From contig NW_026250424.1 in the NCBI RefSeq assembly GCF_024521635.1, positions 186,001 through 250,000 of the forward strand: 64,000 nucleotides of DNA, written 5' to 3'. The position numbers and the translations under genes were made by a program. The notes beneath the pieces were generated by a model that was given only the letters and a program-made list of their open reading frames with translations, searched no databases and was not told the origin of the DNA. Of the stretch, positions 1 through 11,834 are shown piece by piece. Every line of letters begins with the position of its first letter. The stretch's first letter is position 1. This DNA is from Tricharina praecox (taxonomy: Eukaryota).

Positions 1-46
1 CGTCGCATCCGCAAGAGTCATCACAGCAGCAAGCACAAGCACTGGC

Positions 47-1695
47 ATGGCAACCTTTGAGGAACGACTGCGTCAATGGCAACAGCCGCCGCCGCCAGCG
101 AGCCCGAACCCCAGCCCGAGCTCGCTCCCGCTGCCACTCCCGACCGCGCCCGCACCCTCGCTTCGCTCCTCACCGTCGTCCATCACATCCGCCGACGACG
201 ACGCCTCGTCCGACCACACGATCTCGACGCACCTCGAGCCGATCCGCACTGTTCCGAGCCGGCCCCGAAGCCAATTCCAGTACGAGTTCTTCGACGATGA
301 CGAAGAAGCTGAGAACGGGGAAAAACTGCCGCCGACAGGGATCTTCGGCCCAGCTCGCGCGCAGCTGAATTGTTTCTGGAGAAACCACATCTCCGTCGTT
401 GTTCCAGGGGCGGACGCACGTGACCATCTCGGTACGTATAATACATATTACAACTGTCATCAGGGGAGAGGGGTGTTTCAGACTTGACGGGAAGTTAAGG
501 CTGGACCTGGACCCTTCTTCTGCTTCACATGTCCGCTTGCCCACCTGCCAAACTTCCCCACAATCTTTCCCTCGTGTTTTTTTTCTCCTTCATTCATTTA
601 CCGGCCATTCCTTGCCCGCTATGCATATTTTGGCGCTGAAGCGGAGAGTAATTTCTCTTTCTTTCTTTTCCTTTTCTTTTCTGCTCTGAAAACTATCAGG
701 CGAAGGGAAGAAAAAAAAGAAAAAACAACTCCGGCTGCCAGATTCGAATTCCCCGTTATCGAATCCATGTCCCCAGTCCGCTTAATATACGGTACACATA
801 CTATGAGATCATTTATCGTGAGCCTGTCGGAGTCCCCACCCGTTCTCCCCACCCGCTGGCACCGCACCGCATCATGTCATTCGCGTGCGGCTGCTAGTTT
901 GGTCTGGTCTGGTCTGGTCTGGTCTGGGGCGGTGAGATGGTTGATGGATGCTGATGGCTGCTGATGGCTGGTACCCCAAACGGCCCCGGGTTCCCGCGCT
1001 CCTCCTCCCCTCCACCTCCACGCCCAGCCTTATACATATGTGGGGCTTGGGCTTGGTGCGGCGAGGCATCGGAGATTCGGAGATGGAGATGGAGCGGGTG
1101 CATAAGCGATCCGCTGACCACTGGTTTGCTTACTGCTGGGGCCAGTCACCGGCTGTCACCCTAACTATACCCAATCGTCCTCATTATCCCTTGCTTCTCT
1201 CGCTTCTCTCCCCCCTCCTCCCCATTCTCCGAGACCCTCCCATCCCCCTCTTCGATCTCCGAGGCCCCCCTCCCCCCACCTCCACCTCCAACCTTCTTCC
1301 ACCCAACCTTCACATAGATACTAATCCACCCAGCCCTGGAGCGAACCTACCTCTCCTACCACCGCACGTCCCTCGCTTTAGCGCTTCTCGCCGTAATAGT
1401 CGCACAACTCCAGATCCTGCAGCACTCGCCCAACCCCGACCCCGTGTTTGGCTTCTACGCTCTCGGAAAACCTCTGGCCGTCGGACTGATCGTGTGCGCG
1501 ATCTCCATCAGCCTGCTTGGGTGGGTGCGGTGGTGGCATTGGCAGCGCACGCTACTGCGCGGGAAGGCGCTGGCGGGTGGGCCAGAGCTCGCAGCGGTGG
1601 GGGGGATTGGCGCGCTGGTCATTGTCGCGTTCCTCGGAATGGTAGCGGCGGTCGATATTAGGAAGAGTTATTTTACCAGGCATGATGATACGTGA
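47..1695 (+). CDS. DUF202 (YidH-like) membrane protein; exons 47-431, 1334-1695
   Basis: Donor GTACGT at 432, branch ACTAAT ~1320, acceptor CAG 1333. Splicing restores the DUF202 motif ARDHLALERTYLSYHRTSLAL, followed by three hydrophobic helices. Confidence 0.85.
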
Positions 1696-1697
1696 TG

Positions 1698-1783
1698 GAG
1701 GGGAAGGGAAAGAGGAATACGATAATGCTTGGATTAGAGGGAGGGGAAGGGAAAGAGGAATACGATAATGCTTGGATTAGAGG
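1698..1783. repeat. Perfect 43-bp tandem duplication
   Basis: GAGGGGAAGGGAAAGAGGAATACGATAATGCTTGGATTAGAGG at 1698-1740 and 1741-1783. Confidence 0.95.
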
Positions 1784-1880
1784 GAGGGGGAGGGGTGAAG
1801 GGGTTTAGAATTGGGCAGTGAAGGTATAATTAACGGCGGACGGATGGACGGACGAGACGGACGGACGAGAAGGATGGATA

Positions 1881-2197
1881 GATGCTAGATGCTAGAGTAG
1901 ATATATGTTAGAATGATACCCACGATTTCACGATTTCACGATTTCACTGCCATTACCTATTGATGCCTCAAGCACCTACTAGTACTACTCTTGAGGCCCC
2001 TATCGTTAGTGGAGTTATGTTGGACGGGTAGGTGCTAGATGCTAGATGCTAGATGCTAGATTCTAGATGCTGGAATGGATGGTTGGATTGATACCCCCGA
2101 TTTCACGGTTTCACAGTTCGCGATTTCACATTTCACGATGTCACAGCCATTATTGATATTGAAGCTTCAAGCATCTGCTACCTAGTATAACTCTTCG
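1881..2197. repeat. Diverged ~120-160 bp duplication with internal (GATGCTA)n and (CGATTTCA)n repeats
   Basis: The block GATGCTAGATGCTAGA..GATACCC..GATTTCAC..GCCATTA..TTGAT..TCAAGCA..CTAGTA..ACTCTT occurs at ~1881-1995 and ~2033-2197. Confidence 0.75.
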
Positions 2198-2998
2198 GAC
2201 AACCATCATCAACACATCACTCCATACTGCCCACCAGCCACCATACCGCCCATTACCAGCCCAGCTTACCAAACCACCAGCCATCCACTTTCCCAGAGTT
2301 CCTCATCCCCCAGTCTCCTAGTCTTCCCAGTCTCACCCACCCCTTCTCTTCCCACCCTTCCCACATCCCTTCCCATATCCCATCCCTTCCCACGCACTAT
2401 GCGGGCAGCGGAAGTCCCGACGGCCGACATCTACAGCATAGCACCGTGTCACACCTCCACATGTCACGTCGACAGTCACAGTCAAAATCTAGATTGCATA
2501 CCTCATACATCCCAGGTCAACATCTAGATATCTAGAGTGCATACATCCCATACTCGCCCGGAGATTAGTGTTTTATGCATACATGCATACATGCATACAG
2601 CCCCCTCCACCCCGTATAATGCACATATTACATCCATCCCCATGTGATGGATAATAAGTACATAAAGTACCTAATATTGAAGTAAGTGTCGGTTTTGGTG
2701 CGGGAGTATGTGGTTGCACACTGCTGATCACTCGACCCACCCCCATCACACCCATTATTCACTACAAGACGACCCAGACAAGATTCAAATTTCACAGTGG
2801 CTTTCAGTCTGAGTCATGATAAACACAGCAATTTATTTCCCCAGCCCACCCTTTACGCGAATCAAACCAAAAAAACGAAGCATTTTCAATCTCGAGGAAT
2901 AGAGTAACCCCCGTATCGCATCATATCGCATCGCATCGCTCGCATCGCATCGTATATACAAAGAGAAAACAAAAAACCCCGTCGTCCCTGCGCGCGGC

Positions 2999-3940
2999 CT
3001 ACAAGCTAGCCTCCCAATCCATCAAGTCCTTGATACCCTCCTTGACAGCGACAGTCTGTTCATCGGACAGCTTACGCAGCGGCTGTCTCGGGTATCCGCC
3101 GTAGCCAAAGTAGCTCTGCAGGGCGCTCTTTGTTCCTGGGATGGCAGCCTTGGTGAGGATCCAGTCGCCCTTTGACAGGCGGATCTGCGCCTGCTTTGCC
3201 TCCTCGATCTTTCCCTGCGCGAACAGGTTGTAGACGAGGACGCACGCCTTGGGGGCGACGTTGGCGCCGCCGGCGATCACACCGCTGCCGCCGACGAGGA
3301 GGCCCTGCAGGAGGAAGTCGGCCATTCCAGCAAAGGCCATGTAGCCTGAGCCGGCTGAGGTCGCGGTCACGGCGTCCTTCTCCAGGGCGACTCGTGCGAG
3401 CTTGCCGGTGTTGCCGCAGGTGAATTTGGTGCCGACGATGTTGGGGTGGTTCGAGAGCTTCAAGAGGAGGTCCGAGTCCATGTCGATGCCGGCGACGGCG
3501 CCGGGGTAGTTGTAGAGAATGATGGGGATGGGCGAGGCGTCGGCCACGGCGGTGAAGTAGTCGTAGATGGCCTCTTCGGTCATGGCGTAGCGGTAGTAAC
3601 TGGGAGGGATAAGGAGGGTGCTGTCACCTCCCGACTCGAAGGCCTCCTTGCACAGCTCGATGGTGCCGCGTACCGATTGCTCGCTGCAGCCGACCATGAC
3701 CGAGACGTCCTTGAAGCCTGCGGCATCGAGAGCATCGCGAGTGACGCGAGTCACTTCCCGTTTCTCCGCTCGTGACAGATGTACTGCCTCACCGTTGGAA
3801 CCCATGGTGACGAGACCGGCGAGACCAGCCTGGGCGAGGCGGACGGCATGTTTCTGGATGGAGGGAATGTCGAGGTCTTCTGTGACGGGGTCGAAGAAGG
3901 TCATGGTAGGGGCATAGATGCCGGGTCTGAGAGGAGCCAT
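2999..3940 (-). CDS. gaaC: DHDPS-family aldolase, L-threo-3-deoxy-hexulosonate aldolase (D-galacturonate pathway), intronless
   Basis: 313 aa with LRPGIYAPTMTFFDP, MGSNGEAVHL, LYNYPGAVAGIDMDSD, HPNIVGTKFTC (Schiff-base Lys) and DWILTKAAIPGTKSA. Closely matches my recollection of Aspergillus GaaC / Trichoderma LGA1. Confidence 0.88.
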   Translation of the reverse strand: MAPLRPGIYAPTMTFFDPVTEDLDIPSIQKHAVRLAQAGLAGLVTMGSNGEAVHLSRAEKREVTRVTRDALDAAGFKDVSVMVGCSEQSVRGTIELCKEAFESGGDSTLLIPPSYYRYAMTEEAIYDYFTAVADASPIPIILYNYPGAVAGIDMDSDLLLKLSNHPNIVGTKFTCGNTGKLARVALEKDAVTATSAGSGYMAFAGMADFLLQGLLVGGSGVIAGGANVAPKACVLVYNLFAQGKIEEAKQAQIRLSKGDWILTKAAIPGTKSALQSYFGYGGYPRQPLRKLSDEQTVAVKEGIKDLMDWEASL

Positions 3941-6900
3941 GTCTGAGAGTTTGTGTGGTGGTGGTAGAGGTAGTAGAGTTGGTGGAGGTTGCCTGAGGAC
4001 TTCTGTATGTGGCGACGGTGGGACAATGAGCAGGAGCGATGTTCAGTGGGAAGCTGCTGATCCATTTTGACAGAGGGAGAGCGGGGTGGTTTTATGGCCA
4101 AGTCCGACGAAAGTAATAGCTCGCTGGTGGGGCAGTTCAGTGTGGGATTCTGGTCGTCACACCGACGCTCGTTCCGAACCATGACCGAAGTAAGTCCGGA
4201 ATCCTGCACTCAATCCATACAGTACATTCAGGCTGAACTATCTCGCGCCGAACAGTGCAGATGCCCCCAGTCCAATGCATCGGATTTGGATGTGGTCAGG
4301 ATCATCATTCGCCCAACGCCCTTCGACCCCCATTCATCTTTGTGCGCTTTGCGCTGGCCGGTACTTACTCCCCTCCAAGAAGTCCTATTGGTTTCCCCGG
4401 ATTTTTGTTGCTTTTGATCGTCAAGCATAGTATCTTGCGTAAAGGCGAATCTCTCTGTGCTTCTCCAATACCACTGTCATTCGGACATATCTTTATGCGC
4501 GTCTGCAACCGGCGTATTCTTACGAAGGGGGCTAAGTGCTCTCGCCTCCGAGCAGTGCCCCTTCACCCCGCACCGTTCGGCAGGTACTGTCCCGAAACAC
4601 TCGCACGGTTAAGTAGGCTGCCCGAGGTTGAAGATATTTTGAGCGGAGAGTGTTGGTCCGTGTTTGAAGTTCGCATGGTTAAAGGAACCGTCGCGCGCCC
4701 ACTGGAACGCGAACCTATGCATCTCGGTGGGGCCTCCGCATCATCGTTAATCCGCGCTGATCGATGCGCGCGGATTATTTAGCGTCGCCCCCAACTTCCG
4801 AACCGAATCAAATTGAAGATCGCTTCCTGGAAGATCATCCGCCAGTCCTCCGATGATGTAGATAAATAAATCCCCACGCTCCGCGTTTGTATCTATTAGT
4901 GATAGTATTGATGCCCTCCAAAGCTTAAGGATTCATTTAGTGAATCGTGCTGCGTGCTGTTCGCCAGATGGGTTTTCTGAGATATGCAAGCGTAAGGATA
5001 ATGTGGGGAGACGAAGCGCATGCTGCAGACAATATCGAAACTCATCGCCGAAGGGAGCACCAGATTGGATACCTCCTCATGCACAATCAAAACCATCGGC
5101 GAACTTCGACCTTTCGTGATGCCAACATATCTCGTAGTATAAATTACTCCACTGGCGAAATTACCTCCTCGGAGGGTCACGGTGTCCTCGCGAATCAAGT
5201 GTGAGGAATTGCCGGACTCGGACACACGAGTGATGGTGGAGGCATGCAAGTCTGCGACGGCGGCCAGCAGGCACATGTCTGGACTCGGCAATTCACTTGG
5301 TACATACCGCAGCTAAACACCACGATTAGCAATGCGTTCCCATGCAGCGTGGGGTACATGTCCAATCGACGGCTGCGGGGGTAATCCGCCGATGCAGTAG
5401 GTAGGCCTGGATCTAGGTGGAGATTCACCCCTCGATGAAATCGAAGCAATTCTATGACCAACATTACCCCCCAACTCATCGCCAGGCTAACAGCTCAGAC
5501 TGAGACGGAGACAAGCAAAGTTTGTATGCACTCAGTCGCATGATGGAGACCTGTTGCGGTAATGTAATCCAGAGCGCGGGGTGCACCGGCGGACCAAAAA
5601 TATCCACCACTCGATAGTGAAAATGAGACGTGGCCAAACTCCGAGAATTCGACAAGGAGGTCATGAGACGCAGGGCTCGAGGTAGCGTTGCGCTGCTCAG
5701 CAGAAGATTCATCAATCTGGGGAAGGCGGCCTCAGAGAGAGGATTGATAGGGAACACGGAGGATCCATCATCATCCGGGTAGCGGGACCACCTGGTGAGG
5801 TTTTTCTCGCAACCACCAAATCGCTCAGTGGAGAGCTCGGGGAATCCTTTCCCACGTATGTAGAAGACGTATGTAGCGGACGTGAGAGTGGCATTGTAGC
5901 GTAGGCTTGAGACGTCACTAACCAAAGCAATGCAGGTCGGAGTGGTGGTGGTGGTGGTGATACCATCGAGACACGAATCCGGAATGACGCTGCTGGCCTT
6001 CCAAATTCCACCTTCCTAGGAATTCCGGTCTTTCGAATCAGGTATGTAGCAATCTATCCATCTTCTGTCGCAGGTAGATGAGTGAGTAAACGAGAAGCCG
6101 CCACGCGGTTGGAGGTTTAATAGAGATTCAGCATATTATCTGGTCGTCGGAGTGACGCTGGCCGGGCGTCGGTGTCGGTGTCGGTGTCGACGGGCGGTCA
6201 TGATTGTTCTTTCTCGATTGTTCTTTCTCGATTGTTCTTTCTCGATTGCAGCTGGCAGTTAATGAGCGTCCGGGGCTGATCTGTTGGATGTAGATCCGAG
6301 AAGACGAGAACGAGGGGGACGACGACGAGTGGGAAGCGTTTACGTACGTTGCGACAGAATCGAATCCACCTTGGCCTGGATGTGAATGTTGACGGAGAGG
6401 GCGACGACGAAAGTGAGGACAGCGAGGTGGTATGTATGTATAAATGAACGGGGAAGCAGGTGGAGAGTTCCGTGTCGACGAGACGGAGTCACGGTGGCTT
6501 TGTATGTAGCAGTCCGCGTAGAAGTCCGCAGTCCGCGGTGCGCTGTAGGAAGTAGCAAGCAAACGATCGATATCAGAATGTTTTTATATCTAGGCACGCA
6601 TTGTTGAGAATCTGAGATCAGAGAGATCGGCTTCCAAAACTCCGATCTTGATCCCGACTGCAGGAGATGGGATGGGGTGGGGCGGCAGCAGCCGAGTGCA
6701 TTGAATGGTCAGCGAACCCGTGATAGATCTGACCGACCGACTGTACGGGATCGTGACGATCGATTCGCTAAACCCTGGCCTAAAACAAGGGACCTTTGGA
6801 ATGTACTCGGGTAGCGTTCGTTTCCATTCGTCGTATGTATCAAAGTACCGGTAAGTTTCTGCTCCTCCTTCTCGGCATCGAAAAGATTTTTCTTGCCAGT

Positions 6901-7180
6901 CTACCAAGCGTACGAGGTAGGTAGCAGCTGCCTATCTACCGGAGTTATTATTTGGAGTGTGTAATTCTCCCCGACAGCCAAGTGACCGGATCATTTCAAA
7001 ATCCAGCCTGCCGATTCGTAGTGGGCTGCCTGATACCGGTACCAGGCAAAGTGATGGGGTTGTTGGTGATGTTTTTCAGGTTAACTACGTGACCATATTA
7101 TCGTCGATACAAGTGGTAGATACATAAGCCATAGACCTGATCTACGATCTGTGTTTGTGGAAAGGAAGTGGGGGTGGTGT

Positions 7181-7345
7181 GGCGCTATTCAGAAGTGAGG
7201 TGGTATTAGGAGGTGATGCGCTAATCGGAGGGGAGCTGGTATTCGAGGTGAGGCGCTATTCAGAAGTGAGGCGCTATTCAGTGGTGAGACGCTATTCAGA
7301 GTTGAGGCGCTCTTCAAATATGAGGCGCTATTCGGAGGTGAGGTG
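7181..7345. repeat. 18-bp minisatellite, consensus GAGGCGCTATTCAGAAGT
   Basis: Five to six clear copies at 7249-7345 plus degenerate copies from 7181. Confidence 0.85.
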
Positions 7346-7689
7346 GTGAGGTGGTGAACATTCAATGGAGTCACTCAGACGACATTGAGACTCGGCAGCT
7401 TGTCTTAACCCCCATCTCGTGGGGTTCACACACACAACGGCAGGCCAAAAAGCCAAGATGGCAGATTCTCAGTTGTGAATCCACATAGGTAACGGAATGC
7501 CTTGTTCGCACGTATATACATCTGATCTGTAACTATGGCCACTGCAGCTCCAAAACACAGTATCAACCGCTCCCACATGGCTACTATCAAATCCCAACCA
7601 AGAAGCAAGCCAGTAAGGCTTCCAAGCAAAAACTCCAAGAAAAAAAACCCCCCAAAAGAAAAACGCCATGTACCCACTGTCGAATCGCA

Positions 7690-10014
7690 TCAAGCGTGCA
7701 AAGACTTAACGCTGGCCCACGCCTGCACGGCGCTCAGCGCCAACTGCAGAACCGCCACGATAGCCCCGAAGCAGCCGAGACACACCACGGCCCAGAAAGT
7801 ATACCACTGGAGACTGTCCCTCTTATCTTTCCACAGCCCGCGTATGCCGTTGGGCTTGAGCAGCGTCTTTAGTACCAGCAGGCGGTCGCCAAACACGGGG
7901 AAGTCACTGCCGACGTTGTAGAGGAACCGCGGCTCGCAGTCGCCTTTGGGCAGTGTGAAGATGTCAAAGAACCCGTCGGTTGGGTTCGACGACTCGAGTT
8001 CCTGGAAGTAACATTGCGACCGCCGGTCGCCGCCGAAGAGAAGTCGGTACGTATCCGATATCTCGACCAGGGCTTGGTGCTGCTGCGTAAAGCCTGCTTT
8101 ACTAGGTGGATTTTAGCGAACAGAAACACTGTAAACACATCGGAGGGATGGAGGGGCGTACATACTGCAGCGACGAGTTCTCCTTGGCGATCGCGTGCAG
8201 GTGGCAGTACGCCACGTTTGCGTAGAGCTGCACCACCTTCGCTTGCGAGTCGAGCTGCAAATGGTCCGTGATCTTGTCGGTCCATTTGAACCTGATGCCC
8301 TTCCAGTCGTGCAGCATACTCGCCGTGAGCTCGGAAGGCACGATGGTAGCGGGCATTCCACCGGTCACGGCGTAGTGAGATGTGTTGAGAGCTGGAAGAT
8401 GAGGTCTCGTCAGGTCTGCGATTGTCGAGTCACAGAATGTCTGTGACGTCGGCAGGTCATTGCGGTCCTCGATTGACCGCGAGAAGTCAAGCATGGTCCA
8501 CGCCTCGAGCGAAAACAGCAGCCACTCGTGCACGATCTTTTGGTGCCACGAAGAGAAATTGTCGACCTCGCACCCCAGCGCCACTGCGGTATTTGCCTTT
8601 TCGTCGTCACTCGTGCCGCCCGCTCCGAGGGCAGGATCGAAGCTGCCCTTTCGGATCATGCCGGCGAAGTGATCCATGTGGGCAAGCACGAAGGTCGTAA
8701 CGGAGGCCTCGGAAGTCAGACTTCGAGTGACCATTCTCAAGTGGTCGGCGAAGTATGCCAATGGTTGTGGCCACATGGTCGGGTTGGGATTGGCAATAGC
8801 GGAGTGGTATAGGGCTGTGGTAAGCTTCTTCTCGACCTGCGCAATGTAGACTTTGCGCAGTCCAAGGTATTGGGGACTACACAGCTGTAACCCACACAGA
8901 CTCTCGAGAATCTTTTTGTCTGGTCCTGGCTGTCGGTAAGGCTTCCGTTTCAGTAACACCTCCCGTCGCTCGAGCGAATGCAGTCGTTCCTCGCCAGTTG
9001 AGGAGCTCAATTCGAACTGTTCAGTTTCTGGGCCCGAGTCAAGCTCAGCCGTACCCGACAACCCTTGCGCCGCATATCCTTCCTCTTCGATATCCGCAGC
9101 TCGTTGACGTGGGCTACGACGGAAACTCCAACGGCTCGTGAGACTACTTGGCGTAGTGAGATGGGACTGGGGAGACGAATCGGTGCGGAAAGAGGAGTTT
9201 CTGGACGGTCCACTCGGAGAACCGGTGCCAGATGACGAAGACCTCGAGCTATTCCTAGATATGCCGAATGTAGATGATCTGGAACTGTTTCTGGAGAGGC
9301 CGAAAGTAGACGATCTCGAGCTATTTCTAGAGATGCCGAAAGCCGAAGATCTCGAGTTACCCCGCGAAAGAAGCCGTCGTAAACTAGAGCGATGCGACGG
9401 CGAGAGTTGTTCGTCGTCATAGACATCTTCCTCCTCGTATTGAGCTTCGAAAGGATTTTCGGGCCGAGTAGATTGCGGGTAGTTTCCGTTCGCATCGATC
9501 GAGATTTGTGGTATGGTCGGCAGTTGACTATAGCTCTGCCAGTGTTCAAGCGAGCTGTAGGGCGAATCTGGCTCCCGCTGGACGATTCCCACACTGATGA
9601 CTTCAGCCGTTCCTACGAGGCTTTCGAAGATGACTTCTTTCTCATCCGAGTGGTCCGACAATGGTCGAAAGCCAGCCGCAGCTGGATTTCCTACATCACA
9701 TCACCACATCAGTTTCAGATCTCGACGGGCTATCCCAGCCTCGCTCACGATACGTTCTGTCCGCGAACGCAACGCAAAAAGAAAGAAAAACACTCACCAG
9801 TAGTATCCTCCACAGCCTCTTCCTCCACTTCCTCGCGCAGCTCATCCAGCTCTGTGGGCCTCAGTCTCTGGAAAGCCGTGTGTGGATTAAATGGGTATGG
9901 GCCGTAATCCCCAGGATGGTCGCGCAGTTCCAGATACTGGCTCCCGCCATCGCCCTCCACAACGACCTGATCAAGTGCTGCTATTTCTGTTGCTGTTGTA
10001 ATTTCCGACATCAT
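7690..10014 (-). CDS. Uncharacterised fungal protein with C-terminal TM helix; exons ~10014-9798, 9690-8166, 8101-7690
   Basis: Donors GTGAGT (9797) and GTATGT (8165) with TAG acceptors keep the frame. Motifs GIRFKWTDKITDHLQLD, DFPVFGDRLL and LWKDKRDSLQWYTFWAV are typical of a widespread fungal hypothetical family. Start codon uncertain. Confidence 0.75.
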
Positions 10015-11834
10015 CTCCGTCACGCTCGCGATCAAATATCATTCCTGAAGTTGCGAACAAGAAGAAGTGGGTGGGGGATTGGGTGGGTGGGCGGTGGGGA
10101 TATGAGTGAGTCCATTCCTTCCCTTTTCATTGAACGATACGGAGGCTGAGCTTTCAGTGCCTATCGTACGGACAGACAGCTGCAGATATGTAGCTGCGTG
10201 CGACAGGGCGATGCACGCGGGGGTGCGGCGGCAGGGAAGCCTCACCTCACCCACGCACTGCAGGTGCGCATGCGCGCAAACAGGCAACCACACATAGTGC
10301 CGTTCGTTCGGCGTGCCAGACGATGAAGAAATGAAGAAGGACCTCGTGTAATATAGACCTTGTAATTCAAAGACGCTTCCAAGTTCCAACCAATAGTTAG
10401 CAAGCCAGTGTGCGCGCGTCTCCATACGTAGGCCTACGTTACCGAATCATCGGACCTACTCGCCGCTGGAACCCGCAGAAGATCATTGTAGGTACTCTAA
10501 AGTCTCCGGTTTCCCGGAGTCCAGATTCCTCAGCAACGGTAGAAGGTATGTAGTTACACAACGTCGACGACTACGACGACGACGATGGAAAAAAACCAGT
10601 CATAACCCCCATTCAAACGCCTTCAAGGTGGCTTTCCCACCGCTCGCAAGAAGGCTTCACCGACCAAAACTCCTCTACCAGTTAACTACCAGTTAGTACT
10701 TCAAAGTTCAAACTCCATTTTGCAGCAAACGACCCGCTAATGCCACAGTCCACCTGACGACTACCAGGCAGGTATATGAGGTAGGTGGTTATGCATACCA
10801 ACCATCTTCAGACAGATCTTCACCAACCTTGAACCAACCTTGAACCAACCGACCGTTCCGTTCCGTCCGGCTCACCGCCCGTGAGCAGACTGCACCAGGA
10901 CAGGGTGTCGACGACAGGCGGTCTCTTCGTCGCCGAGATCCGCATTCAGGATTCAGCCATTCAGCCATGGCCCATGTGACTGGATAACTATTGGCGCAGC
11001 CGCCGACGCCGCCGACGCCAGGATCGCAAGATGCGGTGTAACGCGAAGGGGGCTCAGCTTGCAGGCAGAGTGCGCACACCGCCTCACCAGGCAGCATTCG
11101 GGGGAAACTGATAACTAAGCGTAAGTGGAGCCCGTGCCCGAGCGGATAACCGTCCCATAACGGGTATATATCCGGAAGTAGTCGATGGTCATGCATGCAC
11201 TCTCACTCGGGATGGTAAACCCCCGAAAAGAAAGAAGAAGAAAACGTAACGCGTCCGCTGTACGCGCAGTCACGGGTGACATACATTACTTCTTAGTCTA
11301 CGTGCAATATCATATACGCCGACACACCGTTTTTAAGAGTTGCAGTGGTTGCGGGAACCACAAGCTGGTCAGAATGGCGAAAAGGCGTGCTTGTACCGTA
11401 TTGTGTGCAGATATAGGTAGAGTGCGAGATAACTACCTAATGAGCTGACAGAGGACATGTTCTACTAGAGTATGTACTTTGGGGGACGGTATAGCTAGGT
11501 TGTGAGAGGATGGATTGAGAAGGAGTGTCGATTGTGTAGGCTGCCGAGTTGCGAGGGGATGTGGAAACGTGAGGGTATTGTGCAGGTTGTCGGAGAGGTA
11601 TGCACTTAGGAGGGCCAGTGCCTCCGATAGGTAGTCCAGTCCGGACTGGACTATCGGGAGCACTGAGGAGGGCTTGCAGGATATCACGATATCACCAGTC
11701 TGCTTCACACGATATCGATATGGCAATCAGTGAAACAGACACACAACATGAACCGGCACTGGCACTGGCAATTCAACACTCAAGTACTTACCTACCTCTT
11801 ACTTACCTCGTGAATAGGTAGATACCCGCTCCTC

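Noticed and set aside
948..1661. 237-aa ORF
   Set aside because: Intron sequence plus the wrong frame of DUF202 exon 2.
10619..10629. Zap1 ZRE-like GCCTTCAAGGT (similar sequence ~27487)
   Set aside because: Mismatched single sites, not upstream of the zinc transporter.
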